Shown: one piece after another, positions 27,601 to 41,870 of the stretch
Layout of the letters: every line of letters begins with the position of its first letter
Numbering within the stretch: position 1 is the stretch's first letter
Assembly (NCBI GenBank): GCA_964016885.1
Contig: OZ024744.1
Coordinates: forward strand, 31,372,001-31,436,000
Source: Eledone cirrhosa
Lineage: Eukaryota
Direction: 5' to 3'
DNA: 64,000 bases
The notes under the pieces: model-generated
What the model was told of the DNA's origin: nothing
The model's database searches: none
What the model saw: the letters and a program-made list of their open reading frames with translations, nothing else
Position numbers and translations under genes: made by a program

Positions 27601-29330
27601 GACGATGGTAAACCCAGTACTAACTAATGTCCTCTGTCATGGCCAACTGAGACATTGGTAAACCCAGTTCTAACTAATGTCCTCTGTCATGGCCAACTGA
27701 GATATTGCTAAACCCAGTATTATCTAATGTCCTATGTCATGACCAACTGAGACGTTGGTAAACCCAGTACTAACTAACGTCCTATGTCATGGCCAACAGA
27801 GACTTTGGTAAATCCAGTACTAACTAATGTCCTCTGTCATGGCCAACTGTGACGTTGGTAAACACAGTACTAACTAATGTCCTATGTTATGGCCAACTGA
27901 GATGTTGGTAAACCCAGTACTAACTAATGTCCTCTGTCATGGCCAACTGAGACATTGGTAAACCCAGTACTAACTAATGTCCTATGTCATGGCCAACTGA
28001 GACGTTGGTAAACCCAGAACTAACAAATATCATATATCATGACCAACTGAGACGTTGGTAAACCCAGTACTAACTAATGTCCTCTGTCATGGCCAACTGA
28101 GAGATTGGTAAACCCAGTACTAACTAATGTCCTATGTCATGACCAACTGAGACATTGGTAAACCCAGTACTAACTAATGTCCTATGTCATGGCCAACTGA
28201 GACGTTGGTAAACCCGGTACTAACTAATGTCCTCTGTCATAGCCAACTGAGACGTTGGTAAACCCAGTATTAACTAATGTCCTATGTCTTGGCCAACTGA
28301 GACGATGGTAAACCCAGTACTAAATAATGTCCTCTGTCATGGTCAACTGAGACATTGGTAAACCCATTTCTAACTAATGTCCTATGTCATGGCCATCTGA
28401 GACGTTGGTAAACCCAGTACTAATTAATGTCCTCTCTCATGGCCAACTGAGACGTTGGTAAACCCAGTACTAACTAATGTCCTCTGTCATAGCCCACTGA
28501 GACGTAGGTAAACCCAGTACTAACTAATGTCCTCTGTCATGGCCAACTGAGACGTTGGTAAATCCCGTACTAACTAATGTCCTCTCTTATGACCAACTGA
28601 GACGTTGGTAAACCCAGTACAAACTAATGTTCTCTATCATGGCCAACTGAGACGTAGGTAAACCCAGTACTAACTAATGTCCTCTGTCATGGCCAACTGA
28701 GACATTGGTAAACCCAGTACTAACTAATGTCGTATGTCATGGCCAACTGAGACATTGGTAAACCCAGTACTAACTAATGTCCTATGTCATCGCCAACTGA
28801 GACGTTGGTAAACCCAGTACTAACTAATGTCCTACGTCATGACCAACTGAGACGTTGGTAAACCCAGTACTAACTAATGTCCTCTGTCATGGCCAACTTA
28901 GACGTAGGTAAACCCAGTACTAACTAATGTCCTCTGTCATGGCCAACTGAGACGTTGGTAAACCCAGTACTAACTAATGTCCTCTGTCATTACCAACTGA
29001 GACGTAGGTAAACCCAGTACTAACTCATGTCCTCTGTCATGGCCAACTGAGACGTAGGTAAACCCAGTACTAACTAATGTCCTATGTCATGGCCAACTGA
29101 GACGTTGGTAAACCCAGTATTAACTAATGTCCTATGTCATGACCAACTGAGACATTGGTAAACCCAGTACTAACTAATGTCCTATGTCATGGCCAACTGA
29201 GACGTTGGTAAACCCAGTACTAACTAATGTCTTATGTCATGGCCAACTGAGACATTGGTAAACCCAGTACTAACTAATGTCCTATGTCATGGCCAACCGA
29301 GACGGTGGTAAACCCAGTACTAACTAATGT
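21640..29330. repeat. Dispersed block duplication, offset 6048 bp: ~21640-23280 repeated at ~27690-29330
   Basis: CCAACAGAGACTTTGG 21745/27793; AAATATCATATATC 21977/28025; shared GGTCAAC and TTCTCTATC variants. Confidence 0.85.
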
Positions 29331-29339
29331 CCTCTCTCA

Positions 29340-32300
29340 TGGCCAACTGAGACGTTGGTAAACGCAGTATTAACTAATGTCCTATGTCATGGCCAACTGA
29401 GACGATGGTAAACCCAGTACTAACTAATGTCCTATGTCATGGCCAACTGAGACATTGGTAAACCCAGTACTATCTAATGTCCTATGTAATGGCACACTGA
29501 GACGTTGGTAAACCCAGTACTAATTAATGTCCTCTGTCATGGCCAACTGAGACGTTGGTAAACCCAGTACTAACTAATGTCCTCTTTCATAGCCAACTGA
29601 GACGTAGGTAAACCCAGTACTAACTAATGTCCTCTGTCATGGCCAACTGAGACGTTGGTAAACCCAGTACTAACTAATGTCCTCTGTCATGGCCAACTGA
29701 GACGTTGGTAAACCTAGTACTAACTAATGTCCTCTGTCATGGCCAACTGAGACGTTGGTAAACCCAGTACTAACTAATGTCCTATGTCATGGCCAACTGA
29801 GTCGTTGGTAAACCCAGTACTATCTAATTTCCTATGTCATGACCGACTGAGACGTTGGTAAACCCAGTACTAACTAATGTCCTCTGTCATGGCCAACTAG
29901 GACATTCGTAAACCCAGTACTAACTAATGTCCTCTGTTATGGCCAACTGAGAGATTGGTAAACCCAGTACTAACTAATGTCCTATGACATGACCAACTGA
30001 GACATTGGTAAACCCAGTACTAACTAATGTCCTATGTCATTGCCAACTGAGACGTTGGTAAACCCAGTACTAACTAATGTCCTCTGTCATGGCCAATTGA
30101 GACATTGGTAAACCCAGTACTAACTAATGTCCTATGTCATGACCAACTGAGACATTGGTAAACCCAGTACTAACTAATGTCCTATGTCATGGCCAACTGA
30201 GACGTTGGTAAATCCAGTACTAACTAATGTCCTCTCTTATGACCAACTGAGACGTTTCTAAACCCAGTAAAAACTAATGTTCTCTGTCATGGCCATCTGA
30301 GACGTAGGTAAACCCAGTACTAACTAATGTCCTCTGTCATGGCCAACTGAGACATTGGTAAACCCAGTACTAACTAATGTCGTATGTCATGGCCAACTGA
30401 GACATTGGTAAACCCAGTACTAACTAATGTCCTATGTCATCGCCAACTGAGACGTTGGTAAACCCAGTACTAACTAATGTCCTACGTCATGACCAACTGA
30501 GACGTTGGTAAACCCAGTACTAACTAATGTCCTCTGTCATGGCCAACCTAGACGTAGGTAAACCCAGTACTAACTAATGTCCTCTGTCATTACCAACTGA
30601 GACGTAGGTAAACCCAGTACTAATTCATGTCCTCTGTCATGGCCAACTGAGACGTAGGTAAACCCAGTACTAACTAATGTCCCATGTCATGGCCAACTGA
30701 GACGTTGGTAAACCCAGTATTAACTAATGTCCTATGTCATGACCAACTGAGACATTGGTAAACCCAGTACTAACTAATGTACTATGTCATGGCCAACTGA
30801 GACGTTGGTAAACCCGGTACTAACTAATGTTTTATGTCATGGCCAACTGAGACATTGGTAAACCCAGTACTAACTAATGTCCTATGTCATGGCCAACCGA
30901 GACGGTGGTAAACCCAGTACTAACTAATGTCCTATGTCATGACCAACTGAGACGTTGGTAAACCCAGTATTAACTAATGTCCTATGTTATGGCCAACTGA
31001 GACGTTGGTAAACCCAGTACTAACTAATGTCCTATGTCATGGCCAACTGAGACGTTGGTAAACCCAGTATTAACTAATGTCCTTTTCATGGCCAACTGAG
31101 ACATTGGTAAACCTAGTACTAACTAATGTCGTATGTCATGGCCAACTGAGACATTGGTAAACCCAGTACTAACTAATGTCCTATGTCATGGCCAATTGAG
31201 ACGTTGGTAAACACAGTACTAACTAATGTACTCTCTCCTGGTCAACTGAGACGTTGGTAAACCCAGTACTAACTAATGTTCTCTGTCATGGCCAACTGAG
31301 ACGTAGGTAAACCCAGTACTAACTAATGTCCTATGTCATGACCAACTGAGACGTTGGTAAACCCAGTATTAACTAATGTCCTATGTCATGGCCAACTGAG
31401 ACATTGGTAAACCCAGTACTATCTAATGTCCTCTGTCATGGCCAACTGAGAGATTGGTAAAGCCAGTACTAACTAATGTCCTATGTCATGGACAAATGAG
31501 ACGTTGGTAAATCCAGTGCTAACTAATGTCCTCTGTCATGGCCAACTGAGACATTCGTATACCCAGTACTAACTAATGTCCTCTGTCATGGCCAACTGAG
31601 TCATTGGTAAACCCAGTAATAACTAATGTCTTATGTCATGGCCAACTGAGACGATGGTAAACCCAGTACTAAATAATGTCCTCTGACATAGCCGACTGAG
31701 ACATTCGTAAACCCAGTACTAACTAATGTCCTCTGTCATGGCCAACTGAGAGATTGGTAAACCCAGTACTAACTAATCTCCTATGTCATGACCAACTGAG
31801 ATATTGGTAAACCCAGTACAAACTAATGTCCTATGTCATCGCCAACTGAGACGTTGGTAAACCCAGTACTAACTAATGTCCTACGTCATGACCAACTGAG
31901 ACGTTGGTAAACCCAGTACTAACTAATGTCCTCTGTCATGGCCAACTTAGACGTAGGTAAAGCCAGTACTAACTAATGTCCTCTGTCATGGCCAACTGAG
32001 ACGTTGGTAAACCCAGTACTAACTAATGTCCTCTGTCATTACCAACTGAGACGTAGGTAAACCCAGTACTAACTAATGTCCTATGTCATGGCCAACCGAG
32101 ACGGTGGTAAACCCAGTACTAACTAATGTCCTGTGTCATGGCCAACTGAGATATTGCTAAACCCAGTGTTATCTAATGTCCTATGTCATGACCAACTGAG
32201 ACGTTGGTATACCCAGTACTAACGAATGTCCTCTGTCATGGCCAACTGAGACATTGGTAAACCCAGTATAAACTAATGACCTATGTCATGGCCAACTGAG

Positions 32301-34190
32301 ACGTTAGTAAACCCAGTACTAACTAATGTCCTATGTAATGACCAACTGAGACATTGGTAAACCCAGTACTAACTAATGTCCTATGTCATGGCCAACTGAG
32401 ACGTTGGTAAATCCAGTACTAACTAATATCCTCTCTCATGACCAACTGAGACGTTGGTAAACCAAGTACTAACTAATGTTCTTTGTCATGGCCAACTGAG
32501 ACGTAGGTAAACCCAGTACTAACTAATGTCCTCTGTCATGGCCAACTGAGACAATGGTAAACCAGTACTAACTAATGTCCTATGTCATGACCAACTGAGA
32601 TATTGGTAAACCCAGTACTAACTAATGTCCTATGCCATGGCCAACTGAGACGTTGGTAAATCCAGTACTAACTAATGTCCTCTCTCATGGCCAACTGAGA
32701 CGTTGGTAAACGCAGTATTAACTAATGTCCTATGTCATGGCCAACTGAGACATTGGTAAACCCAGTACTATCTAATGTCCTATGTAATGGCACACTGAGA
32801 CGTTGGTAAACCCAGTACTAATTAATGTCCTCTGTCATGGCCAACTGAGACGTTGGTAAACCCAGTACTAACTAATGTCCTCTTTCATAGCCAACTGAGA
32901 CGTAGGTAAACCCAGTACTAACTAATGTCCTCTGTCATGGCCAACTGAGACGTTGGTAAACCCAGTACTAACTAATGTCCTCTGTCATGGCCAACTGAGA
33001 CGTTGGTAAACCTAGTACTAACTAATGTCCTCTGTCATGGCCAACTGAGACGTTGGTAAACCCAGTACTAACTAATGTCCTATGTCATGGCCAACTGAGT
33101 CGTTGGTAAACCCAGTACTATCTAATTTCCTATGTCATGACCGACTGAGACGTTGGTAAACCCAGTACTAACTAATGTCCTCTGTCATGGCCAACTAGGA
33201 CATTCGTAAACCCAGTACTAACTAATGTCCTCTGTTATGGCCAACTGAGAGATTGGTAAACCCAGTACTAACTAATGTCCTATGACATGACCAACTGAGA
33301 CATTGGTAAACCCAGTACTAACTAATGTCCTATGTCATTGCCAACTGAGACGTTGGTAAACCCAGTACTAACTAATGTCCTCTGTCATGGCCAATTGAGA
33401 CATTGGTAAACCCAGTACTAACTAATGTCCTATGTCATGACCAACTGAGACATTGGTAAACCCAGTACTAACTAATGTCCTATGTCATGGCCAACTGAGA
33501 CGTTGGTAAATCCAGTACTAACTAATGTCCTCTCTTATGACCAACTGAGACGTTTCTAAACCCAGTAAAAACTAATGTTCTCTGTCATGGCCATCTGAGA
33601 CGTAGGTAAACCCAGTACTAACTAATGTCCTCTGTCATGGCCAACTGAGACATTGGTAAACCCAGTACTAACTAATGTCGTATGTCATGGCCAACTGAGA
33701 CATTGGTAAACCCAGTACTAACTAATGTCCTATGTCATCGCCAACTGAGACGTTGGTAAACCCAGTACTAACTAATGTCCTACGTCATGACCAACTGAGA
33801 CGTTGGTAAACCCAGTACTAACTAATGTCCTCTGTCATGGCCAACCTAGACGTAGGTAAACCCAGTACTAACTAATGTCCTCTGTCATTACCAACTGAGA
33901 CGTAGGTAAACCCAGTACTAATTCATGTCCTCTGTCATGGCCAACTGAGACGTAGGTAAACCCAGTACTAACTAATGTCCCATGTCATGGCCAACTGAGA
34001 CGTTGGTAAACCCAGTATTAACTAATGTCCTATGTCATGACCAACTGAGACATTGGTAAACCCAGTACTAACTAATGTCCTATGTCATGGCCAACTGAGA
34101 CGTTGGTAAACCCGGTACTAACTAATGTTTTATGTCATGGCCAACTGAGACATTGGTAAACCCAGTACTAACTAATGTCCTATGTCATGG
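29340..34190. repeat. Block duplication, offset 3298 bp: ~29340-30890 repeated at ~32700-34190; partial third copy at ~23800-24590
   Basis: CCAACTAGGACATTCG at 24344, 29893, 33191; GACGTTTCTAAACCCAGTAAAA 30251/33549. Confidence 0.87.
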
Positions 34191-37100
34191 CCAACTGAGA
34201 CGTTGGTAAACCCAGTATTAACTAATGTCCTTTTCATGGCCAACTGAGACATTGGTAAACCTAGTACTAACTAATGTCGTATGTCATGGCCAACTGAGAC
34301 ATTGGTAAACCCAGTACTAACTAATGTCCTATGTCATGGCCAATTGAGACGTTGGTAAACACAGTACTAACTAATGTACTCTCTCCTGGTCAACTGAGAC
34401 GTTGGTAAACCCAGTACTAACTAATGTTCTCTGTCATGGCCAACTGAGACGTAGGTAAACCCAGTATTAACTAATGTCCTATGTCATGGAGCACTGAGAC
34501 ATTGGTAAACCCAGTACTATCTAATGTCCTCTGTCATGGCCAACTGAGAGATTGGTAAAGCCAGTACTAACTAATGTCCTATGTCATGGACAAATGAGAC
34601 GTTGGTAAATCCAGTGCTAACTAATGTCCTCTGTCATGGCCAACTGAGACATTCGTATACCCAGTACTAACTAATGTCCTCTGTCATGGCCAACTGAGTC
34701 ATTGGTAAACCCAGTAATAACTAATGTCTTATGTCATGGCCAACTGAGACGATGGTAAACCCAGTACTAAATAATGTCCTCTGACATAGCCGACTGAGAC
34801 ATTCGTAAACCCAGTACTAACTAATGTCCTCTGTCATGGCCAACTGAGAGATTGGTAAACCCAGTACTAACTAATGTCCTATGTCATGACCAACTGAGAT
34901 ATTGGTAAACCCAGTACAAACTAATGTCCTATGTCATGGCCAACTGAGACGTTGGTAAATCCAGTACTAACTAATGTCCTCTCTCATGGCCAATGAGACG
35001 TTGGTAAACCCAGTATTAACTAATGTCCTATGTCGTGGCCAACTGAGACGATGGTAAACCCAGTACTAAATAATGTCCTCTGTCATGGCCAACTGAGACA
35101 TTGGTAAACCCAGTACTAACTAATGTCCTATGTCATGGCCAACTGAGACATTGGTAAACTCAGTACTATCTAATGTCCTATGTCATGGCACACTGAGACG
35201 TTGGTAAACCCAGTACTAATTAATGTCCTCTGTCATGGCCAACTGAGACGTTGGTAAACCCAGTACTAACTAATGTCCTCTTTCATAGCCAACTGAGACG
35301 TAGGTAAACCCAGTACTAACTAATGTCCTCTGTCATGGCCAACTGAGACGTTGGTAAACCCAGTACTAACTAATGTCCTATGTCATGGCCAACTGAGACG
35401 TTGGTAAACCCAGTACTAACTAATGTCCTATGTCATGGCCAATTGAGTCATTGGTAAACCCAGTACTATCTAATTTCCTATGTCATGACCAACTGAGACG
35501 TTGGTAAACCCAGTACTAACTAATGTCCTCTGTCATGGCCAACTGAGACATTCGTAAACCCAGTACTAACTAATGTCCTCTGTTATGGCCAACTGAGACG
35601 TTGGTAAACCCAGTACTAACTAATGTCCTATGTCATGACCAACTGAGACATTGGTAAACCCAGTACAAACTAATGTCCTATGTCATTGCCAACTGAGACA
35701 TTGGTAAACCCAGTACTAACTAATGTCGTATGTCATGGCCAACTGAGACATTGGTAAACCCAGTACTAACTAATGTCCTATGTCATCGCCAACTGAGACG
35801 TTGGTAAACCCAGTACTAACTAATGTCCTATGTCATGACCAACTGAGACGTTTGTAAACCCAGTACTAACTAATGTCCTCTGTCATGGCCAACTTAGACG
35901 TAGGTAAACCCAGTACTAACTAATGTCCTCTGTCATGGCCAACTGAGACGTTGGTAAACCCAGTACTAACTAATGTCCTCTGTCATTACCAACTGAGACG
36001 TAGGTAAACCTAGTACTAACTAATGTCCTCTGTCATGGCCAACTGAGACGTAGGTAAACCCAGTACTAACTAATGTCCTATGTCATGGCCAACTGAGACG
36101 TTGGTAAACCCAGTATTAACTAATGTCCTATGTCATGACCAACTGAGACATTGGTAAACCCAGTACTAACTAATGTCCTATGTCATGGCCAACTGAGACG
36201 TTGGTAAACCCAGTACTAACTAATGTCTTATGTCATGGCCAACTGAGACATTGGTAAACCCAGTACTAACTAATGTCCTCTGTCATGGCCAACCGAGACG
36301 GTGGTAAACCCAGTACTAACTAATGTCCTCTGTCATGGCCAACGGAGACGTTGGTAAACCCAGTACTAACTAATGTTCTATGTCATGACCACCTGAGACA
36401 TTGGTAAACCCAGTACTATCTAATGTCCTCTGTCATGGCCAACTGAGAGATTGGTAAAGCCAGTACTAACTAATGTCCTATGTCATGGACAAATGAGACG
36501 TTGGTAAATCCAGTGCTAACTAATGTCCTCTGTCATGGCCAACTGAGACATTCGTATACCCAGTACTAACTAATGTCCTCTGTCATGGCCAACTGAGTCA
36601 TTGGTAAACCCAGTAATAACTAATGTCCTATGTCATGGCCAACTGAGACGATGGTAAACCCAGTACTAAATAATGTCCTCTGACATAGCTGACTGAGACA
36701 TTCGTAAACCCAGTACTAACTAATGTCCTCTGTCATGGCCAACTGAGAGATTGGTAAACCCAGTACTAACTAATGTCCTATGTCATGACCAACTGAGATA
36801 TTGGTAAACCCAGTACAAACTAATGTCCTATGTCATGGCCAACTGAGACGTTGGTAAATCCAGTACTAACTAATGTCCTCTCTCATGGCCAACTGAGACG
36901 TTGGTAAACCCAGTATTAACTAATGTCCTATGTCGTGGCCAACTGAGACGATGGTAAACCCAGTACTAAATAATGTCCTCTGTCATGGCCAACTGAGACA
37001 TTGGTAAACCCAGTACTAACTAATGTCCTATGTCATGGCCAACTGAGACATTGTTAAACTCAGTACTATCTAATGTCCTATGTCATGGCACACTGAGACG

Positions 37101-37779
37101 TTGGTAAACCCAGTACTAATTAATGTCCTCTCTCATGGCCAACTGAGACGTTGGTAAACCCAGTACTAACTAATGTCCTCTTTCATAGCCAACTGAGACG
37201 TAGGTAAACCCAGTACTAACTAATGTCCTCTGTCATGGCCAACTGAGACGTTGGTAAACCCAGTACTAACTAATGTCCTCTGTCATGGCCAACTGAGACG
37301 TTGGTAAACCCAGTACTAACTAATGTCCTATGTCATGGCCAACTGAGACGTTGGTAAACCCAGTACTAACTAATGTCCTATGTCATGGCCAATTGAGTCA
37401 TTGGTAAACCTAGTACTATCTAATTTCCTATGTCATGACCAACTGAGACGTTGGTAAACCCAGTACTAACTAATGTCCTCCGTCATGGCCAACTGAGACA
37501 TTCGTAAACCCAGTACTAATTAATGTCCTCTGTTATGGCCAACTGAGAGATTGGTAAACCCAGTACTAACTAATGTCCTATGTCATGACCAACTGAGACA
37601 TTGGTAAACCCAGTACTAACTAATGTCCTATGTCATTGCCAACTGAGACATTGGTAAACCCAGTACTAACTAATGTCGTATGTCATGGCCAACTGAGACA
37701 TTGGTAAACCCAGTACTAACTAATGTCCTATGTCATCGCCTACTGAGACGTTGGTAAACCCAGTACTAAATAATGTCCT

Positions 37780-40700
37780 ATGTCATGACCAACTGAGACG
37801 TTTGTAAACCCAGTTCTAACTAATGTCCTCTGTCATGGCCAACTTAGACGTAGGTAAACACAGTACTAACTAATGTCCTCTGTCATGGCCAACTGAGACG
37901 TTGGTAAACCCAGTACTAACTAATGTCCTCTGTCATTACCAACTGAGACGTAGGTAAACCTAGTACTAACTAATGTCCTCTGTCATGGCCAACTGAGACG
38001 TAGGTAAACCCAGTATTAACTAATGTCCTATGTCATGGCCAACTGAGACGTTGGTAAACCCAGTATTAACTAATGTCCTATGTCATGACCAACTGAGACA
38101 TTGGTAAACCCAGTACTAACTAATGTCCTATGTCATGGCCAACTGAGACGTTGGTAAACCCAGTACTAACTAATGTCTTATGTCATGGCCAACTGAGACA
38201 TTGGTAAACCCAGTACTAACTAATGTCCTCTGTCATGGCCAACCTAGACGGTGGTAAACCCAGTACTAACTAATGTCCTCTGTCATGGCCAACGGAGATG
38301 TTGGTAAACCCAGTACTAACTAATGTCCTATGTCATGACCACCTGAGACATTGGTAAACCCAGTACTAACTAATGTCCTATGTCATGACCAACTGAGACG
38401 TTGGTAAACCCAGTATTAACTAATGTCCTTTTCATGGCCAACTGAGACATTGGTAAACCTAGTACTAACTAATGTCGTATGTCATGGCCAACTGAGACAT
38501 TGGTAAACCCAGTACTAACTAATGTCCTATGTCATGGCCAATTGAGACGTTGGTAAACACAGTACTAACTAATGTACTCTCTCCTGGCCAACTGAGACGT
38601 TGGTAAACCCAGTACTAACTAATGTTCTCTGTCATGGCCAACTGAGACGTAGGTAAACCCAGTACTAACTAATGTCCTATGTCATGGCCAACTGAGACGT
38701 TGGTAAACCCAGTACTAACTAATGTCCTATGTCATGGCCAACTGAGACGTTGGTAAACCCAGTACTAACTAATGTCTTATGTCATGGCCAACTGAGACAT
38801 TGGTAAACCTAGTACTAACTAATGTCGTATGTCATGACCAACTGAGACGTTGGTAAACCCAGTATTAACTAATGTCCTATGTCATGGCCAACTGAGACAT
38901 TGGTAAACCCAGTACTATCTAATGTCCTCTGTCATGGCCAACTGAGCGATTGGTAAAGCCAGTACTAACTAATGTCCTATGTCATGGACAAATGAGACGT
39001 TGGTAAATCCAGTGCTAACTAATGTCCTCTGTCATGGCCAACTGAGACATTCGTATACCCAGTACTAACTAATGTCCTTTGTCATGGCCAACTGAGTCAT
39101 TGGTAAACCCAGTAATAACTAATGTCCTATGTCATGGCCAACTGAGACGATGGTAAACCCAGTACTAAATAATGTCCTCTGTCATGGCCAACTGAGACAT
39201 TCGTAAACCCAGTACTAACTAATGTCCTCTGTCATGGCCAACTGAGAGATTGGTAAACCCAGTACTAACTAATGTCCTATGTCATGACCAACTGAGATAT
39301 TGGTAAACCCAGTACAAACTAATGTCCTATGTCATGGCCAACTGAGACGTTGGTAAATCCAGTACTAACTAATGTCCTCTCTCATGGCCAATGAGACGTT
39401 GGTAAACCCAGTATTAACTAATGTCCTATGTCGTGGCCAACTGAGACGATGGTAAACCCAGTACTAAATAATGTCCTCTGTCATGGCCAACTGAGACATT
39501 GGTAAACCCAGTACTAACTAATGTCCTATGTCATGGCCAACTGAGACATTGGTAAACTCAGTACTATCTAATGTCCTATGTCATGGCACACTGAGACGTT
39601 GGTAAACCCAGTACTAATTAATGTCCTCTCTCATGGCCAACTGAGACGTTGGTAAACCCAGTACTAACTAATGTCCTCTTTCATAGCCAACTGAGACGTA
39701 GGTAAACCCAGTACTAACTAATGTCCTCTGTCATGGCCAACTGAGACGTTGATAAACCCAGTACTAACTAATGTCCTATGTCATGGCCAACTGAGACGTT
39801 GGTAAACCCAGTACTAACTAATGTCCTATGTCATGACCAACTGAGACGTTTGTAAACCCAGTTCTAACTAATGTCCTCTGTCATGGCCAACTTAGACGTA
39901 GGTAAACCCAGTACTAACTAATGTCCTCTGTCATGGCCAACTGAGACGTTGGTAAACCAGTACTAACTAATGTCCTCTGTCATTACCAACTGAGACGTAG
40001 GTAAACCTAGTACTAACTAATGTCCTCTGTCATGGCCAACTGAGACGTAGGTAAACCCAGTATTAACTAATGTCCTATGTCATGGCCAACTGAGACGTTG
40101 GTAAACCCAGTATTAACTAATGTCCTATGTCATGACCAACTGAGACATTGGTAAACCCAGTACTAACTAATGTCCTATGTCATGGCCAACTGAGACGTTG
40201 GTAAACCCAGTACTAACTAATGTCTTATGTCATGGCCAACTGAGACATTGGTAAACCCAGTACTAACTAATGTCCTCTGTCATGGCCAACCTAGACGGTG
40301 GTAAACCCAGTACTAACTAATGTCCTCTGTCATGGCCAACGGAGATGTTGGTAAACCCAGTACTAACTAATGTCCTATGTCATGACCACCTGAGACATTG
40401 GTAAACCCAGTACTAACTAATGTCCTATGTCATGACCAATTGAGACGTTGGTAAACCCAGTATTAACTAATGTCCTTTTCATGGCCAACTGAGACATTGG
40501 TAAACCTAGTACTAACTAATGTCGTATGTCATGGCCAACTGAGACATTGGTAAACCCAGTACTAACTAATGTCCTATGTCATGGCCAATTGAGACGTTGG
40601 TAAACACAGTACTAACTAATGTACTCTCTCCTGGCCAACTGAGACGTTGGTAAACCCAGTACTAACTAATGTTCTCTGTCATGGCCAACTGAGACGTAGG

Positions 40701-41870
40701 TAAACCCAGTACTAACTAATGTCCTATGTCATGGCCAACTGAGACGTTGGTAAACCCAGTACTAACTAATGTCCTATGTCATGGCCAACTGAGACGTTGG
40801 TAAACCCAGTACTAACTAATGTCTTATGTCATGGCCAACTGAGACATTGGTAAACCTAGTACTAACTAATGTCGTATGTCATGACCAACTGAGACGTTGG
40901 TAAACCCAGTATTAACTAATGTCCTATGTCATGGCCAACTGAGACATTGGTAAACCCAGTACTATCTAATGTCCTCTGTCATGGCCAACTGAGAGATTGG
41001 TAAAGCCAGTACTAACTAATGTCCTATGTCATGGACAAATGAGACGTTGGTAAATCCAGTGCTAACTAATGTCCTCTGTCATGGCCAACTGAGACATTCG
41101 TATACCCAGTACTAACTAATGTCCTTTGTCATGGCCAACTGAGTCATTGGTAAACCCAGTAATAACTAATGTCCTATGTCATGGCCAACTGAGACGATGG
41201 TAAACCCAGTACTAAATAATGTCCTCTGTCATGGCCAACTGAGACATTCGTAAACCCAGTACTAACTAATGTCCTCTGTCATGGCCAACTGAGAGATTGG
41301 TAAACCCAGTACTAGCTAATGTCCTATGTCATGACCAACTGAGATATTGGTAAACCCAGTACAAACTAATGTCCTATGTCATGGCCAACTGAGACGTTGG
41401 TAAATCCAGTACTAACTAATGTCCTCTCTCATGGCCAATGAGACGTTGGTAAACCCAGTATTAACTAATGTCCTATGTCGTGGCCAACTGAGACGATGGT
41501 AAACCCAGTACTAAATAATGTCCTCTGTCATGGCCAACTGAGACATTGGTAAACCCAGTACTAACTAATGTCCTATGTCATGGCCAACTGAGACATTGGT
41601 AAACTCAGTACTATCTAATGTCCTATGTCATGGCACACTGAGACGTTGGTAAACCCAGTACTAATTAATGTCCTCTCTCATGGCCAACTGAGACGTTGGT
41701 AAACCCAGTACTAACTAATGTCCTCTTTCATAGCCAACTGAGACGTAGGTAAACCCAGTACTAACTAATGTCCTCTGTCATGGCCAACTGAGACGTTGGT
41801 AAACCCAGTACTAACTAATGTCCTCTGTCATGGCCAACTGAGACGTTGGTAAACCCAGTACTAACTAATG
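37780..41870. repeat. Tandem higher-order duplication, period 2047 bp (41 monomers - 3 bp)
   Basis: AACCTAGACGGTGG 38241/40288; CCTTTTC deletion 38427/40474; CCAATGAG deletion 39388/41435; AAACTCAG 39554/41601. Confidence 0.9.
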